Shown one piece after another: positions 39,501-53,039 of a DNA stretch of 64,000 bases; within the stretch, counting starts at the first letter, position 1, and each line of letters opens with the position of its first letter. Under the pieces are notes generated by a model, which was not told the DNA's origin, made no database searches, and was given only the letters and a program-made list of their open reading frames with translations. Source of the stretch: Balanoglossus misakiensis (Eukaryota > Animalia > Hemichordata); assembly GCA_040954595.2 (NCBI GenBank), contig CM082595.2, positions 4,428,137-4,492,136 on the forward strand, written 5' to 3'. The position numbers and the translations under genes are program-made.

Positions 39501-40162
39501 ACAACCCTCGAGCGACTGCAATACGCTGCACTAATGGCTACACTCCCCCCCCCCCATCTCCATGGTTACATCGAGGTCAACAGACAGTCTATTCACTGTT
39601 ACTGTCTCTGAACCCAGCCTTGATTTCACAAGCCCGCCCTGTCTGACACAATTGGCGAGAAGGGTTCACCCCCGGTCACTCCGGTTTGACCGTGTGTCTG
39701 TGTGTTGAGTGACCCTGGTTCGCACAAATATTTTAATACAAACCCATAGTCATGTAAAAGTGACCGTGGCCAGCGGGTATTACCATGGAGACCGACCTGA
39801 ACCATGTCTACTCAAACAAGATTGGCCAAGTACTAGTCTTCTTTCAAGCTTAGCGTTCGAAAGAATGTATACCAACATCACGCACTTTCAGAAAAAGTTA
39901 CCAGGCACATCATGCGCCAGACGACCAAAAAAATGCAAACCCAAAAAGTTCGTTTTCCCCCGTGACTCCGCTTTCCACTTTTCTGCACGCGCATCTGTTG
40001 GCGGAGTTCGGGGCAACCATTCAGTGACCGTGCATTCTATCTCAACCCCGGCCTTGAGACATATCGCGTGGGGGCGTCTATCTCGTAGGCCTGTATCAGG
40101 AGAGTTATGCAAATAATGGGGAGAAGGAAATTTCGGTTTCCAGAAACCCTAGTTCTATTTTC

Positions 40163-40163
<1 letters not shown>

Positions 40164-40212
<49 letters not shown>
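40164..40212. repeat. (ATC)n microsatellite, about 16 units
   Basis: Read directly. Confidence 0.95.
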
Positions 40213-41523
40213 CCACCATTCGCGTAGTAGGAAAGGAAAATGGGTTATGTGCCAGCAAAAAGGATGAACTCCAGTAATGTTATTCTTCAGGTGTTCAGCG
40301 AGAACATTTTGCAGCGTATATTCTCAAGACAGTAAGCTGCGATGTCAAAAACTTAAAACTAGATTATATGACCTAGTAACGTAAAAAAACACACGCCCAC
40401 TATTACAATGAAAACAGGTTGAGCTGCACAGAAAGAATGTACTGACAATCGCTGTATTCAACAGTCCAGCTGATAAGAAACTGAGTGATTGGATACATTG
40501 TTGCCAGTCTCAGTTAATAAGAAACAATTTTTGTTTAAATATTTGCAAGTCGCACAATGACATTGACAGGTGTTGACAAGAGGGAAGTGATAGAGTTGTG
40601 TTATGTTTTGTTAGAGTGATACTAGTATCATGTTTTTTGCGGTCTTGACCATACGCGTGACTTATCATATTCACGTTGAATGAAAAAATAGATACACTGT
40701 TTCCTTTTGACTTTGTTGACAAAAAAAAATCGATGGTTAGTACAGTCTTTCTGTGCGGCAACTCAAACCGTTTTGATTGTATTTTCCGCTGTCCCATATA
40801 CTATGCAGAACGCGGAAGTAAGAAATAAATCTGACATAGGAACAAGTCTCTCAGCACGGCGACGTCAACATGTTTTTCTATGAAGAGAATGGTGCAAATG
40901 TCAAAGGATGGCTTCGAGTGGGCGGTGTATGTGTGTGAGTAGCTTCTTCGCCAGAAGTAGTCTTACAAGTTACACACATTTGTGATCGCTGGGATTATAG
41001 ATACATGCGCCATCTGAACTGAAAGAATATCTGGTTCAAATCCTGCTTTAAAGGCAATTAGTCATTATCATATTTCTGTTTTAAGGGCGTGACATTTGGC
41101 TTACAGAAGGGAGTTATAAAAGGAATGTTAAAAGAACATTTTACAGAGCGTCTGTAGACCTATAACCAAAGCAGAAATACAGGCTTAAGAAAGGCGTATC
41201 AACTCTCGAAGTAAAATTCATTTTGAAAGTATACTGTTATATTATATTTTAAAAGTTTTCTTCTTTGAAAATAACGTGAATGCAGTTGGTTGCGTGTACG
41301 CTATTCAAACCCAATGCATTTATGCCGTGTGTATTGAAGCTCTTAAAACGCACAGAAATCAATCTGAATACCTATTAACAAAAATTCATCAATCACTTTT
41401 CGAGCAGATCAGATGATAGCAGATAAATTCTGATGGTATTGTACCAAATGAAAAATCACCTACGTTCAATATGATTAGTGTGTCTCTCTTGAGAGATCAA
41501 CGTGGAATCATCCCACCGGCGGC

Positions 41524-41567
41524 GTCTGTCTGTCTGCCTGCCTGCCTGCCTGTCTGTCTGTCTGTCT
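41524..41567. repeat. (GTCT)n/(GCCT)n microsatellite
   Basis: Read directly. Confidence 0.85.
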
Positions 41568-42437
41568 TGCCCTCTTCCCCTCTCTCTGTCACACACACGC
41601 ATACACACACACGGACATTTCGTTTCGTATGACAGCGATTATCTTTACTTCGAGAACGACCATTGAGCAAAGTCATATCCACTTTCATGTCGAAGCGGAA
41701 AGTGATGTCATACCTGTATATTTGTATTCTCACAACGAATTTCACATCACCATTTTAGGAGCAAAGAGATAGTCTTTCAATTATACAACAGCGTTTATTG
41801 TTGGCAGTAAATTTGGCCCGCCTTGGAAACTTGAACGTGTTCGTTCTCACAACGATAGCTCAAGACAGCTCAGGGAGAACGTCACTCCCCTTTATATGTA
41901 TTGAACGTCCGAAATTTGCACTTGAACGCGGATTTTATATTCCCCACTGAAGGTGAAATTCTCTCCCATAGAGGGCTGTTATCCCATACTAAGCTGACCT
42001 CGGCCTGTGCTCATCAAAGTTTACAACTCCAAATCTCCCTCAACGGCATTGTTACATGCCTTTGATCGCCGTCAGGATGCGGACACCCAGCGCATCAGTC
42101 TAGACATGAAAGTGCCGAAAGCAAACCCTTCGGGCGTATTATTTTTTCGGCTTTAACTGTAACCTAGGCAACCTTTGAGAAATACCTATCTGATTTAAAA
42201 AGGTCACCGTGAGTGACATTCTATTGGCACGCTTAGAACGCGCTTGATGAATGTTCGGTACGAAAGCGAAGAATAATCAATTTTATACTTTATGACGCGT
42301 TTATATTTTCATGGTGTGCCGTATTCGACTAATGCCGACCTACGATGCTCTTTCAGTCACAAAGACGTGCCACTACCCGAACTTTATTTAATTAAACTTC
42401 GGTGTCGCTACAACCCACATATTTCACATCGTATTAT

Positions 42438-42648
42438 AAGGGGAGAACCATGTGATTTCTAAGGGGGGAGTGGGGGATTTGGGTATGTCATCAATTTTTT
42501 CAGCCTTTCTTACATCAGCATTTTTTCTATCGCCAGACTTACTTTTTTCTCAACGCATTGCAGAATATATGTTTTCCCTCGCATGCTCTGCCAACATTTT
42601 TTTCGCGAAAATCCACCCCCCCCCAAGAAACCAAATGGTTCTCCCCTA
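42438..42648. mobile_element. MITE with 13-bp terminal inverted repeats
   Basis: AGGGGAGAACCAT...ATGGTTCTCCCCT with subterminal G-run and C-run. Confidence 0.65.
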
Positions 42649-44721
42649 AAGTCGGCGTGCAATGCCAAAATATGCGATCAAAAAGCATTCTTGGTGTAAA
42701 GTAATTAAAATACGATATGTTATTTCGTTACGATACAGTGAAGCAGATATGAATTCTGAACTGATTAAACGGGCAACACGCATCGCTATTGTCCACGCAC
42801 AACACAAGAAAATGAACTCTGAGCCGTTCACGAGAGACACGTGAACAGACAATCGACATGTTTTAGGTTGGAGAAACCTAGATATATCAGCTCTCAGCAC
42901 GAATAATATCATGGTGGGCAGATTGGCAATTTTGGCGGCAAAACAGTAAACATTCAAGCTGATTCAAATGGCAATTCCGGGTATTGAGATTATCTTGAAC
43001 TGACTCGGTCGTGTCCTCGTTAGCTCGGCATCGATTTTTATGTATTGCAGTAACCTTTCAGACGCGCAATGCCCTATGGGGCCGACTTCTTTGCGAAACC
43101 GTATAGCGCAGTCGCCTCTGCGTCGAATTTCTGAAAATTGCACAATACGACAAACGAGATGATTCCCCCCGGGGGCTTAGGGAGTATCTGCGGTTGTCAT
43201 TACGGCGAATGATATTTCCACGAAGATGGAAGAATCACGACGTATGGAGTTCAACGCTCGTCAGGGTAGCGTATCATGTCACTGTGCACGTACGATGGCC
43301 TAGTTAGGATTATCTGTGGCACGTACAGGGATAATGCAGTCTGATATTCACATATGCCTAACGAGGGGTGGGGGTGGGGGGTGAAGACCAATCTTACGTG
43401 TATTCGGACACGCCATGTCATGTCACACTCACACATTTTTTTAACAGACCACCGTGACCGTGTTACCACTATAGACTCCCTGACAAAAAGGCATCACATA
43501 TTAGCGAAGTCACACACCAAAACAACGTGTACTTTCGTCGCTAGGTTGGCAATGGCGTTTAATATATGCAAACACCTATGACACTGTCGTCATCTTTTCT
43601 GGATCGATATATCGGTCTTGCGCCTTTTGGGAGGGTGTCTGTAATCTCGCGAGCCTTGCGTCCCTGGAGCGACGGACAAACACTCTAGTTGCACAGCTAT
43701 CGATGGCCGAGCAAGGTGTTGTTAACACAGATATTTCTTGCCTTGGTGATGAGTCATCGAGATCTGTTTACTCTGGACATTGTCTTTCTTGGAAATGATT
43801 TGCATACTGCCGTATGGCCATGATGACCTTCTTTACGGATAAAACTGCACGACTGTCAAAAATAGTAACGAGAATTATGTTTTTCTTGTTTGGGTGGTTT
43901 TCAATGGTTTTCAATAAAGATTGCCAATTCTTTCAGCGCCTTTAATAAATCACGACGGTCCAAATAGCGTTTTTTTCCAGGCACGTCCCCCCCACAACGG
44001 CCACTGACGGGGGGGGACTACACAAGGAACGTACGTACAGAAACTATTTCCCCAATTTTTGTCCCCCAAGAGTGCATATCTGCCCCCAAAATCTTGATGG
44101 ATTACTGTTTCTTCAATTTTCATTAGGTCTTCTGACGTCAAAGGCAGTAACCGTATCCCGCTTTCTCGGTCAACATTAAATATTAACACAACTTGATGAT
44201 TTATATTTCAGCAGCCGATCAAAAACAACTAGCATAGCTGCTGGGATGAGGCTTAGCTACAAAGGGATCGCATTAACTGTCTTTGTTGCTCAAAACAAGT
44301 ATATTATATATATAGCGCCGTTGTGGAGATTCTATCTCTGAGTGTAAACGCACACACACACACACAGACACACACACAAGCTATAAACATAGAGAGGGGC
44401 AGAAAGACAGGTAAAAGACTTCAAATAGAGATATGTGTGTATGTGTGTGCGTGTGTGGGAGGTGTGTGCGTGTGTGTAGATACACAAAGATATATAGACA
44501 CCCACAGAACGAAAAATAGATAGACAACCCGTCCAGCAGTCTCCAGCTGACTTATATCACAACACACATGCTCAGAATATAGAACACGTGTCCGAATTTT
44601 TCCGTGCACTTGGCCAGGCTATATGAAACATCATTTGGCACCATTCCAAGTTGACTACGCTCCATTTCTCCATAAAAAGACATCCATTTCAGTGCAGGTC
44701 CAATTGGTACAATACGATAAA

Positions 44722-44799
44722 TAGAAAACATAAACGGTGTCTCGTATCAAACATAATCAATGGAAAAAGGGCAGCGAGAGAGAGACTTTGTTCTTTTAA
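44722..44799 (-). mobile_element. Second copy of the 9245 dispersed repeat
   Basis: AACATAAACGGTGTCTCGTATCAAACATAAT...AAAAAGGGCAGCGAGAGAGAGACTTTG...TTAA. Confidence 0.65.
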
Positions 44800-47700
44800 T
44801 CCTCCCACAGGGAGCAGAACAAAATAACATGGTCGATACACAGAATAAAAATAATGAAAGAAAAACCCAGCCAAACAATATAGCTAGTGGACCTTTAATG
44901 CTCCGTCAGTGAGATTACAACAAGTCGAAATTGAAAAAAAGTCCTGCTAAGGCTTCTGGGCACGTATTTTGACTATAATTTGTCTCCGTCTCTAGCTGCC
45001 CCCAACCCGTTGGAAAACATCGCGACGCCATGACTGCAAGGTCTGTATTTTTTCTCTCTCGCTACGCTCTAATCCGAGACACATTACCGAGAATTCCATC
45101 AATATTAATCCGAAACTAATCAGTATGCAAGTGGAGCGGATTACGGCGAAAGTACGCCGGCCTGCCTCGCGTTCACATCTGGTCAGAGACGTCGTCGCTT
45201 GGCGTTCCGGTTTGCAAGCGCATCCCCACCTGGTTTTGTTCCAGAAATTCTGACACGAGGTGTCTCCAATCTCCTCGGGGGGGGGGGGGCAAAACAATGG
45301 CAACATTTTCGCCCATATTGTCATGGTACATTGGAGTTTACAACGATAATGATCTGTGATGGTGTTACAACATGGGTAAACAATGCTTGCATTCTACAAG
45401 GTCTAGCTTTATCAATATGTCAGCAACAGTTTGTCAGAAAGTGTGAAATTCAATAACTCACTTCGAGAACTCAGTGAAAGTGTGACAAGTGAAAATGGCG
45501 ACAAGTGCCGCCCAGTATGGCGCTGGTTAGTCTACAGCAGTTCCTCACTCATCTGGCGCGCGCGAGAGATAGACAAACACCAAGCGCTGAGACGAATCAC
45601 GAAACAAGCCAAGGAGTTTTTGAAAGTCTTCTTGACAATTTGACAAGTTCTGAAATATCAAAGCCGTTTTTTTATCTTCCTTTTGTTCGTTGTGGGAGGA
45701 AAGAAACCGTGGCGCATGGCGCCGTCTAGCGCAAACACGCGAGGCTTATAATTGCTTCAGGAGTGGTCGCCATGACGACGTCGCCTACGGACGATCTGCT
45801 GTGAGTCATCCTGCGCTGTCGCCGGCAGTTCTTGTCTCCGCCGTGAAAAGCAAATATCCGCCAAGGACTTGTTATATGTCGATTTAAGATCTGCTTTCAC
45901 CGGAGTTTTGCAGACAACTGTCTCGCACACGACCGATAATTGTGTCTGTGGCCTTCGTCTGTGATTGTTTACGCTCTCAACTATTTGTCACCTCTCGCGC
46001 GAGTTCCTGTCTAGTCGTGTCCAAATCAAGGACACAACAGGCAGCAATCTTTCAAAATGCGTCCGCGCATGTCTTACACTTCAAACTTCTTAATTTTAAT
46101 CCAATTAATCCAGGCAGTGTTATGGGGGTAGCGATAGAGTGATACCAGAACATTAAGAGAGAGTCATGGTAGGCCTACATCTCCTCTGAGAACCATCTGA
46201 AATAACGACTTAATTTTAGTATGACCAGAAACAGATTCGTAATACATATACCAGATATAGATTTCACAAAAACGAGAGCAAAATTGCGTTGAGGAATTAG
46301 AGTCAGTCGTAAATATTTTTTTTTTTCATTTCCTGTCGACGTCAAAAATTACAGTTGGTCGGAATATGAGAAAGAAAGAAGAAAATACTTCCACTGCAAT
46401 TTGCGGTCATTAGATAAAAATATACTGCCCGGCACAAACACAAATCGCGAATCTAGGCTTTTAACAATGCATGAACGGTCGCTTGCAAGCTGGTCCCCAT
46501 ACATCATCAGCTGACTTCAATTCAAAGAATGTAATTTGCCAAGTCTTTCATCGCGCGCAGGCTTTCACCGCTTATACACGTATCGACGAGGCCACTTGTT
46601 TACGATCAATGAAGCCCGAGATCGCTTCAGTCCAACCTTTTCCGAAGTCACATCGACCTATTTCGTGCATGCGCATTAATTAAGTGCGTACGAATGGCCT
46701 ATAAAGCTGTAGTGTTGTCATGACGGGGTTGTTTTACAGCAGAGCAACGGAAACCTAAATTTCTCTGACATTTACGTGCGCTAATTCTGATAAATTTTGC
46801 GACCCCATGCAGATGTTGCCGCTATACTACAACACCCCTCGAGAAAATAGAATAAAAATACACAAATTGCGACTCAAAAAATGAAGTTCGATATGTTTGC
46901 TTTTTGCCGCCGGGTATATTGTTGCTCACACCTCAACATTGGCGGGAAATTTTAGCGTATCTACGCATGCTCAGCAACTATACGGGATAAGATCTTGTGA
47001 ATGCACAGCACGTTTTCCAGTAAACGTCGTTCCGGCACACGTATACTTTGATGCTGAAGATATATATTTTGTTTGAAAAGTAAGACAGATGAGATCAGTG
47101 ATAGCACACGGAATGAGATGGATCAAGCGACCAAAAAATGTCGTCAATCTCTGATAAGAGGCAGCGTTCAATCAGGGAATGTTGAACCCACTTGTACTTT
47201 TCTGTTAAAATTTGTAACGTGGGCGTTTGGCGCTTGGCCAGGGAAGAATTCTTGTAGAAAACCATTACAAACTTCGATGTGTAAGTTAACAAAATTCAGT
47301 GTGTCATTTTCAATAAAACTATATAAACATTTCATAATTAATCGGAAAAGTTAGGGCGATTCAGAGAAACAATTTCTTTTCTCTCTGGCCTAACTACAAA
47401 ATATTTGGCGGTAAAATTTCGAACGTGCAGTTACAGGCGGCTACCACAATGCTTATAGCCTGCCCTAATTGCAACGGATGGCGGAAAGTTGCATGGATAT
47501 GGAAACGAACAAATTATGTCGTGTCGTCAGCTTTTATCGTTCTCTCTGCCGAAAGCTTAATGGTTTTTAAATTTTAAATGGCCCACGTCCTTTATTGGAC
47601 GCCGCGCCATTTGTCGTCTGCGAAAGATTGTGCCGTCCTCGATTGCACGTATAGTGGCGGCACTGTCGGCCGACGTCATATATTGGCCTAATTGCCTGAC

Positions 47701-50013
47701 GCTCAAGCAGGTGGGTCGATGCCATTCGAAATTACGTCTATATAGAGTACGTGTTCCAATTTAGTCTTCAAAATTTATTCCCCACCCCAATTCTTCCCAC
47801 TCGAAATTCATTTCTTCACCTATTGCTCAACAACCGAAGATATGTCCATTTTTTTAAATGTGTTTGCCAAACGAGTTCGTCCAACAATAATAAATATAAC
47901 ACTTCAGAATAACGAAGATTGGCATGTATTCTATTTGGTCGTCTCAACCCTTTCATCGAGCGCAAAAAAGTGTCGGACCCATGGTTTAAATGTGTGAATA
48001 CACAATGAAGTACATGTATCCCGTTTTTCCCATTTCAGAAGGCTTGAAGGTACCGAGGATAATCGCACGAGCTTGTGCAATTATCTCCGTAAGGCTTTCA
48101 CGTGGTTCACCGTAACCTTGGCTTAGGCCATAAACTCGAAGTAGCTGGAATCGATGATGTGGAATGGACGGGCGAGTCCGGTGTGCATTAAACGCGGATC
48201 ACTGGACTTCGTTTGATGTGCCGCCCTTTAATGGCGGCCCAAGTTTATGTCACGGAATAAACCCAAGCGCTGACTGTCAACCAAATTTGCATTCTGTCGG
48301 GACGTTCGGCAGATATGACAGAGAGTAATGTCGGGATAGCCAAGGAAGAACGGACACGTCATTTAAATACAGGAACATATGTGAAGGGATATACATTGTA
48401 CAGCGCGGTTCTTTGGAAGGTTATCATGGATTTAGACACCTGAAGAAAATCTTACCATAGTAAACTTTAATTAACAGTTGTGTTCTTGGGACAAATCGAG
48501 CTGCCCCTGTTAAAGCCCCATTAGCTGTATCTTTTCGCTATGTTTTAAGCGTTTTGTATGCGTATCTTTACAACAAATTCTTCTTCAAATAATCTTGGAT
48601 AAATTATGGTTTTATTTCTATGTATTAAATGGCATTGCCTGATACTCAATATAACACTTATTTGTAACGAAATAGACAAAAAAAATGTTCAAAATTGTGG
48701 GAACGCCCTGAGTGGATTATTATTTGGGAAATAGTGTATGGGCTGTGGAGTTGTCGATGGCAGTCTTTCATATTAATCTCAAATGCCAGAACTCCTCCAA
48801 CCCACCCCTATCCTCATTAATGGAATCTCCCTAATATACCCTCCTAGTAAAGATCGAAATGGTGATGGATCAAACGAAACAGAGGATGTCAAAAGAAGAC
48901 GGCGACGAAGATAGAGATAAAATAGTTTGTTTAGTGGCGCATCCTACGGGGAAATATACCATGTATGACAAGATGTTCGGAACGTGTCCGACTATTCGCA
49001 ATAAAGTCAAGGGAAATGGGCCGGGGTGTATTCTATATGAACTGAATGGTTCACAGTCACAAATATCAAACGTGGGCACAGCTGCACGCCTGCGACTCGA
49101 GTCTAAGTCTTTGTACCTTCCGACAGCGTTTTTATTTTGTTCAAAAACGAGGAAAAAAGTCAGCACAAACACGTCGACCGCTGTTTCATATTCCTGTAAT
49201 TGCGTATCGCTATATGATATTGAAATCAAGAGATAATGAGTCGAAGAGAAACAGCGCGCGCCATCTCTGATGTTTTTCTCCCTTATTAGTCTGCAACCGA
49301 AGTGACGGCATAAAAAGCGGGGAAGACATTGAAAGAGCCCATTATTCCTTGAATTTGCCGCAACGTGAAAAGAAGAATAGTGCTCTTGCGAAATGCATGC
49401 CTTCAGACAATTCCGCGCGACTATTTTCTCCGTTTTTCTCGGAAAATGTTATTCAACGGAGCGTCCAGGAAGCGAGGGACGAATTGTTCAATTTTAGCGA
49501 GACGCGCGTGAAAGACCTCGCCAATAGAAGCACGCGATCGAATAAAGGTGGCCAATAGGGAATTTGGAAGCAAGCACGATGATACAGTTCTGCGCTAACG
49601 AACTGTATTTTCCATCAAAAACACTGACGACTGTTGCTGTCCTCACAAAATAATACCATGGCAACATCTGGCGACGATATTGGGCATCGACGTCGAGATT
49701 AGGCGACAAAAAATCGCGGTGAATGCGGATTATCGACACCGGGCTATACAGTGCACTTGTTATCGCTTATAATCCGCACTGTTTGTTGACTTATTTCTCT
49801 GTCTACACTCTTCTTTCACACTTTCTATAATCCCTCATAAGGTAATCAATATCTCCAATCCGAGTTTATTCAGGTTATCTACAAAAACTGACAGCATCGT
49901 TACAGTTTACGGCCAAGTTGTCATGTCGACTGGCCCCATTTTCACGTTCAGCATATTGTAGACTGCAGTCAGAACCCTATGAGACATACATATAATAGTA
50001 TGAATAAACCTAC

Positions 50014-50028
50014 CAGACAGACAGACAA

Positions 50029-50091
<63 letters not shown>

Positions 50092-50099
50092 AACAAACA
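50014..50099. repeat. (CAGA)n/(CAAA)n microsatellite
   Basis: Read directly. Confidence 0.95.
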
Positions 50100-51048
50100 T
50101 AAAATGTGTTCAGTTAAAAGAACTCAAAAGTCGAGCTTGAATTATTGACAGACTCGTCGATCAGGACGTGTATTAGACATGTTGCAATTTTTTTATTACC
50201 GTCAGTCAAGGTTGCGCTGCAACAGAGGCCGAGAAGCCTAGGTTTACCTGGGATTAGCGCGGGAAATCCTGGCATATGTCTGCCATTCAAGGCTATATAT
50301 CGTTTCAGGTTAAAAAGCGCCGAAAACACACGATAGCCGAGGAATGATCCGAGGGCTGTCTCTCGGAGTCACCTTGGCACAAAGCTTGGCATGTCGTGAT
50401 ATCATTGCTTATCCATCAACACCGAGCTTAGCCGCTATCCTTCCTTCGACACGTGGACGCACGTTAACTTTGTCATCTGGATACTTTATCAACTCTTGTG
50501 GCCATAGCGACTGAATGTACATTACAATATTCTGACCCACCGCAACATGACGACGATCTAGTGTGGTATTTTTCGGAAAGCATCGGAAAAGCTAAATTCA
50601 ACCAAATACTACGATGTGGTTTTATTTAGTTTTTCACAAACAGAGATACCTACACCGGATAAATTTGACAGGAAATCCCAATTTTGTTATTAAAAACGAT
50701 TATTTTGGGGCACTCTTAGTCAACCAATCGAAATTTAAATGTAACTGGTATCAATCATAAAAAAAGGAAATGACGTCGAGGAACGGTCTGCCTCGAGGAT
50801 TATTGAATTGGATAACTGGGCTAGGAAGGTTGCCATCTATTCATACAAACCACAGCAAGCGTTCAATATTCTTGTAAAGCTAACATATATATTTGAATAT
50901 GGCGGGGGTATGTTTGAACGACCGAACAGCCAAGTACGTAAACTCGAACTCCGGTCGTTACACTGTGCGAAGTCGGTCTACTTACATACATTACAGACGG
51001 GTTTGAGGAGTACATGCGGCACAACAGTACGTTGCTTCTATAATGGCA

Positions 51049-51124
51049 ACCGTTACTCGGCAAGGCGATGGGTGGTTAATACCGTTACTCGAACAAGGCG
51101 ATGGGGTGGTTAATACCGTTACTC
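51049..51124. repeat. 32-34-bp tandem repeat, about 2.3 copies
   Basis: ACCGTTACTC at 51049, 51081 and 51115, with CAAGGCGATGGG(G)TGGTTAAT between. Confidence 0.85.
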
Positions 51125-52421
51125 TAACAAAGCAATGGGTAAGTTGAGATCTAGAGAGAAGGGTGGGGGGGGGAGACAGACACAGACACGGAAAGAGTGA
51201 CAGAGAGAGAGAGAGAGAGAGCATAACAGACTGACAGGCGCTATCGGTGGGATGTTTCGACTATTAAAAACGATACTCTGTTTATATCCCAGACCCGAAT
51301 ATTCAATCACATCTACGTCCGAGAAACTGGGATCTCGTTTGTGAGTGGTGGCCCGTAGTAAAATAAACAAATGTCATTTCTAATACTGATCTCATCAAGG
51401 AGGTCGTGGCAATCGGTTATCTCTTTGGAGATAAAAAATATCAGTTTAAGAGCAAAGGTAACATTTAAATGTCATCGCGTAAACCCGGATTGTTGTCTGG
51501 ATGGTGCGGTGTTGAATAGCACCCCCTTTGGACGACACGGCCATATCTAGTGTGGTGGCGCTCGTTTGAAATCTTGATTCAGAAAATACCGCCGTACTCT
51601 ACATTGATATTGACGAGGCAGACTCAAAACCACGGTGTCCACTTACTCATTTAACTTCATCAAATATGAAAGGTACACGTCACGTATCAAATTTAACCGT
51701 ACAAACCATGGAAAATTGGAATATTTTCAGTGTATGGCACATGCTAAAAAAGAGCGCCACCACATGGTCATTCGAAGATTTGGACACACCTTTCGTCCAT
51801 ATACGTGGACATATAATACATGTATCTCATTCGCTGTCGTCAGTAGACATCAACGATCATCGATCTGGTATAGAATTTTTATATAGTGATATTTTCCCAT
51901 GTTTTTCCATTAGTTAAAGGGTCTGGTCTAAGAGAAAAACCTTGCAGACATAATCTAAAGAAAAATAGTATATTCTCTTTATTTCACGTTAATTGAAAAT
52001 TGCAACAGAACTTGACGTACATGTCAGACTTTCCATCATTTACATTTAATCTCATTAATTAAAAATTAATTAGGCTGAATTTACATTTTTAGTAAAGAAA
52101 AATATCTGCAAATGAATCACACCACATTAAGGAAATTACGAAACACGTGTATTTTAGGAAGGCTGAGAGACGGTTATTTCTGAAGTCCATGGTGCCTAGT
52201 TACATACATTTGAGAAACACATGTCGGTAACTTGTATAAAAAATAACTGACGGATAGATTCATTCTTGACTGAAGATATCTGACTGACCTGCACCCATTC
52301 ACAAAGTGTACATGACCGAAAAGAAAATATCACCAAAAATTTGCATAGGAAATATATTAGGCGCAATATGTAAGTGAACGAAATATCAAAATTATGTGGG
52401 TTATGGAAACCAATTGATTTT

Positions 52422-52555
52422 ACATTGCAGTGCGCCATCAGTCGTCGGAATATAAATATACTTTCACATTACAGTGCGCCATCAGTCGTCGGAATATAAA
52501 TATACTTTCACATTGCAGTGCGCCATCAGTCGTCGGAATATAAATATACTTTCAC
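52422..52555. repeat. 44-bp tandem repeat, three near-perfect copies
   Basis: ACATT(G/A)CAGTGCGCCATCAGTCGTCGGAATATAAATATACTTTC at 52422, 52466 and 52510. Confidence 0.95.
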
Positions 52556-52653
52556 TATATGGAGTAACGACACAATATCCTGGGTGAGTCATGTTGGTAC
52601 AACACGCGACGAAAAATTGTCAATGGCACAACTCCCATTAAGACATATCCGGT

Positions 52654-53039
52654 TCAGATCCTGGACGCAGCCGCCGGTGGGGATGACGTCACCGTGCGCG
52701 GACGGCGATGCTGGCGCGGGCTGGCCAAGGCGGCCGCCCGGCCCACCCTCGTGGTCTTGCCGCCGGCTGCAGCAGCGCCACCACCGTGCAACCTGTGAAG
52801 CGACTTCGGCCTCACGTGGTAGATGACGCTATCCTTGGTGTGCTTGACGACTTCCACCGACTTGAGGTTCTTCGGAGCCTGTCGATAGAGGGTGTCTGCA
52901 CCAGGCTGCAGGTCCCGGATGGCGCCCCACTGGCGAAAGAAGAGCACAACAACCACTACCCAAATAACAAGTACTACGGTTAGGAAGAAGGCCTCCTCCA
53001 CTGTCAGGTAACGGTGTCGCCTTCTCCTCTGGGCGTTGT
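52654..53039 (-). CDS. FNDC5: Distal terminal exon B: transmembrane helix and cytoplasmic tail of FNDC4/5-like protein
   Basis: Phase-1 acceptor tctgtttgcag. LTVEEAFFLTVVLVIWVVVVVLFFRQWGAIRDLQP...PKNL...VVK...DSVIY matches the recalled FNDC4/5 family motif (human LRTGEVLIIVVVLFMWAGVIALFCRQYDIIKDNEP). AATAAA at 51983-51978. Confidence 0.82.

Noticed and set aside
48859-49236. 125-aa plus-strand ORF and 119-aa antisense ORF
   Set aside because: No recognisable domain and no supporting exon structure; likely chance.
52422-52555. Hammerhead-ribozyme-like pattern on the minus strand of the 44-bp repeat (CTGATGG...GAAA, palindromic stem, TC)
   Set aside because: The core is CUGAUGG rather than CUGANGA, stem II does not close and stem I cannot pair.
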